Assembly: GCA_963845065.1 (NCBI GenBank)
Contig: CAWJQQ010000001.1
Location: forward strand, 256,001 to 320,000
From: Nitrospirota bacterium
GTDB lineage: Bacteria > Nitrospirota > UBA9217
Direction: 5' to 3'
DNA: 64,000 nt
Positions 63,765 through 64,000 of this stretch are shown one piece after another. The number at the start of each line of letters is the position of its first letter. Position 1 is the stretch's first letter. Made by a program: the position numbers and the translations under genes. The notes under the pieces are model-generated. The model saw only the letters and a list, made by a program, of their open reading frames with translations, had not been told where the DNA came from and did not search any database.

Positions 63765-63905
63765 CAGAATTCAGAGGATGAAGTAGCTGAAAGAAAGCTT
63801 TATTACAATGCAATGATACAAAAAGAATTCTGCACCTTCGCTAATATTATACGAAACTCGACTTCTCCTAACTACTGTGTAATGCCATTATTATGACGAT
63901 GGGAT
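63765..63905 (+). repeat. CACCTAC-core site (core CTCCTAA, 63865-63871), long-arm variant
   Basis: GAATTCTGCACCTTCGCTAATATTATACGAAACTCGACTTC differs by one base from the minus strand of 7152-7192. Confidence 0.88.
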
Positions 63906-64000
63906 CAGGTCAAGTTTTTAGTTGAAATTAGTTGAGTGGCCCGCGCTCCCTTCGGCTAAGGCTTTTTATCGATTCAACGGTGTAAAGCATCGTTGTGTAT

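Overview
Bacterial accessory (genomic-island-like) region with no core housekeeping operon and no integrase in the window. Cargo includes a SWIM/SNF2 pair, a TetR-AcrAB-OprM efflux operon (acrB frameshifted), two hybrid histidine kinases, transporters, a HipA-like kinase/DUF3037 pair, a MarR-FeS/SCP2-DUF3786 operon and five toxin-antitoxin loci, four of them decayed. Mobile DNA includes three full IS elements (IS481, IS3, IS1182 families), a TnpB 3' remnant, three tiny IS200/IS605-type non-autonomous elements, a TIR-bounded MITE, an ORF-less mini group II intron, tRNA-fMet 3' fragments (att-like scars) and attC-like remnants. There is one c-di-GMP-I riboswitch. The main unexplained signal is a dispersed family of about 15 non-coding, 200-250 bp degenerate quasi-palindromic sites centred on an asymmetric 7-bp core CACCTAC, with fixed motif spacing (CAGGA 72 nt upstream of the core). 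They sit between unrelated cargo modules. Their left and right arms appear reassorted at the core, and the arms facing into one module match each other. This suggests (inference) an undescribed gene-cassette or site-specific recombination array. All calls come from reading by eye; no searches were run.
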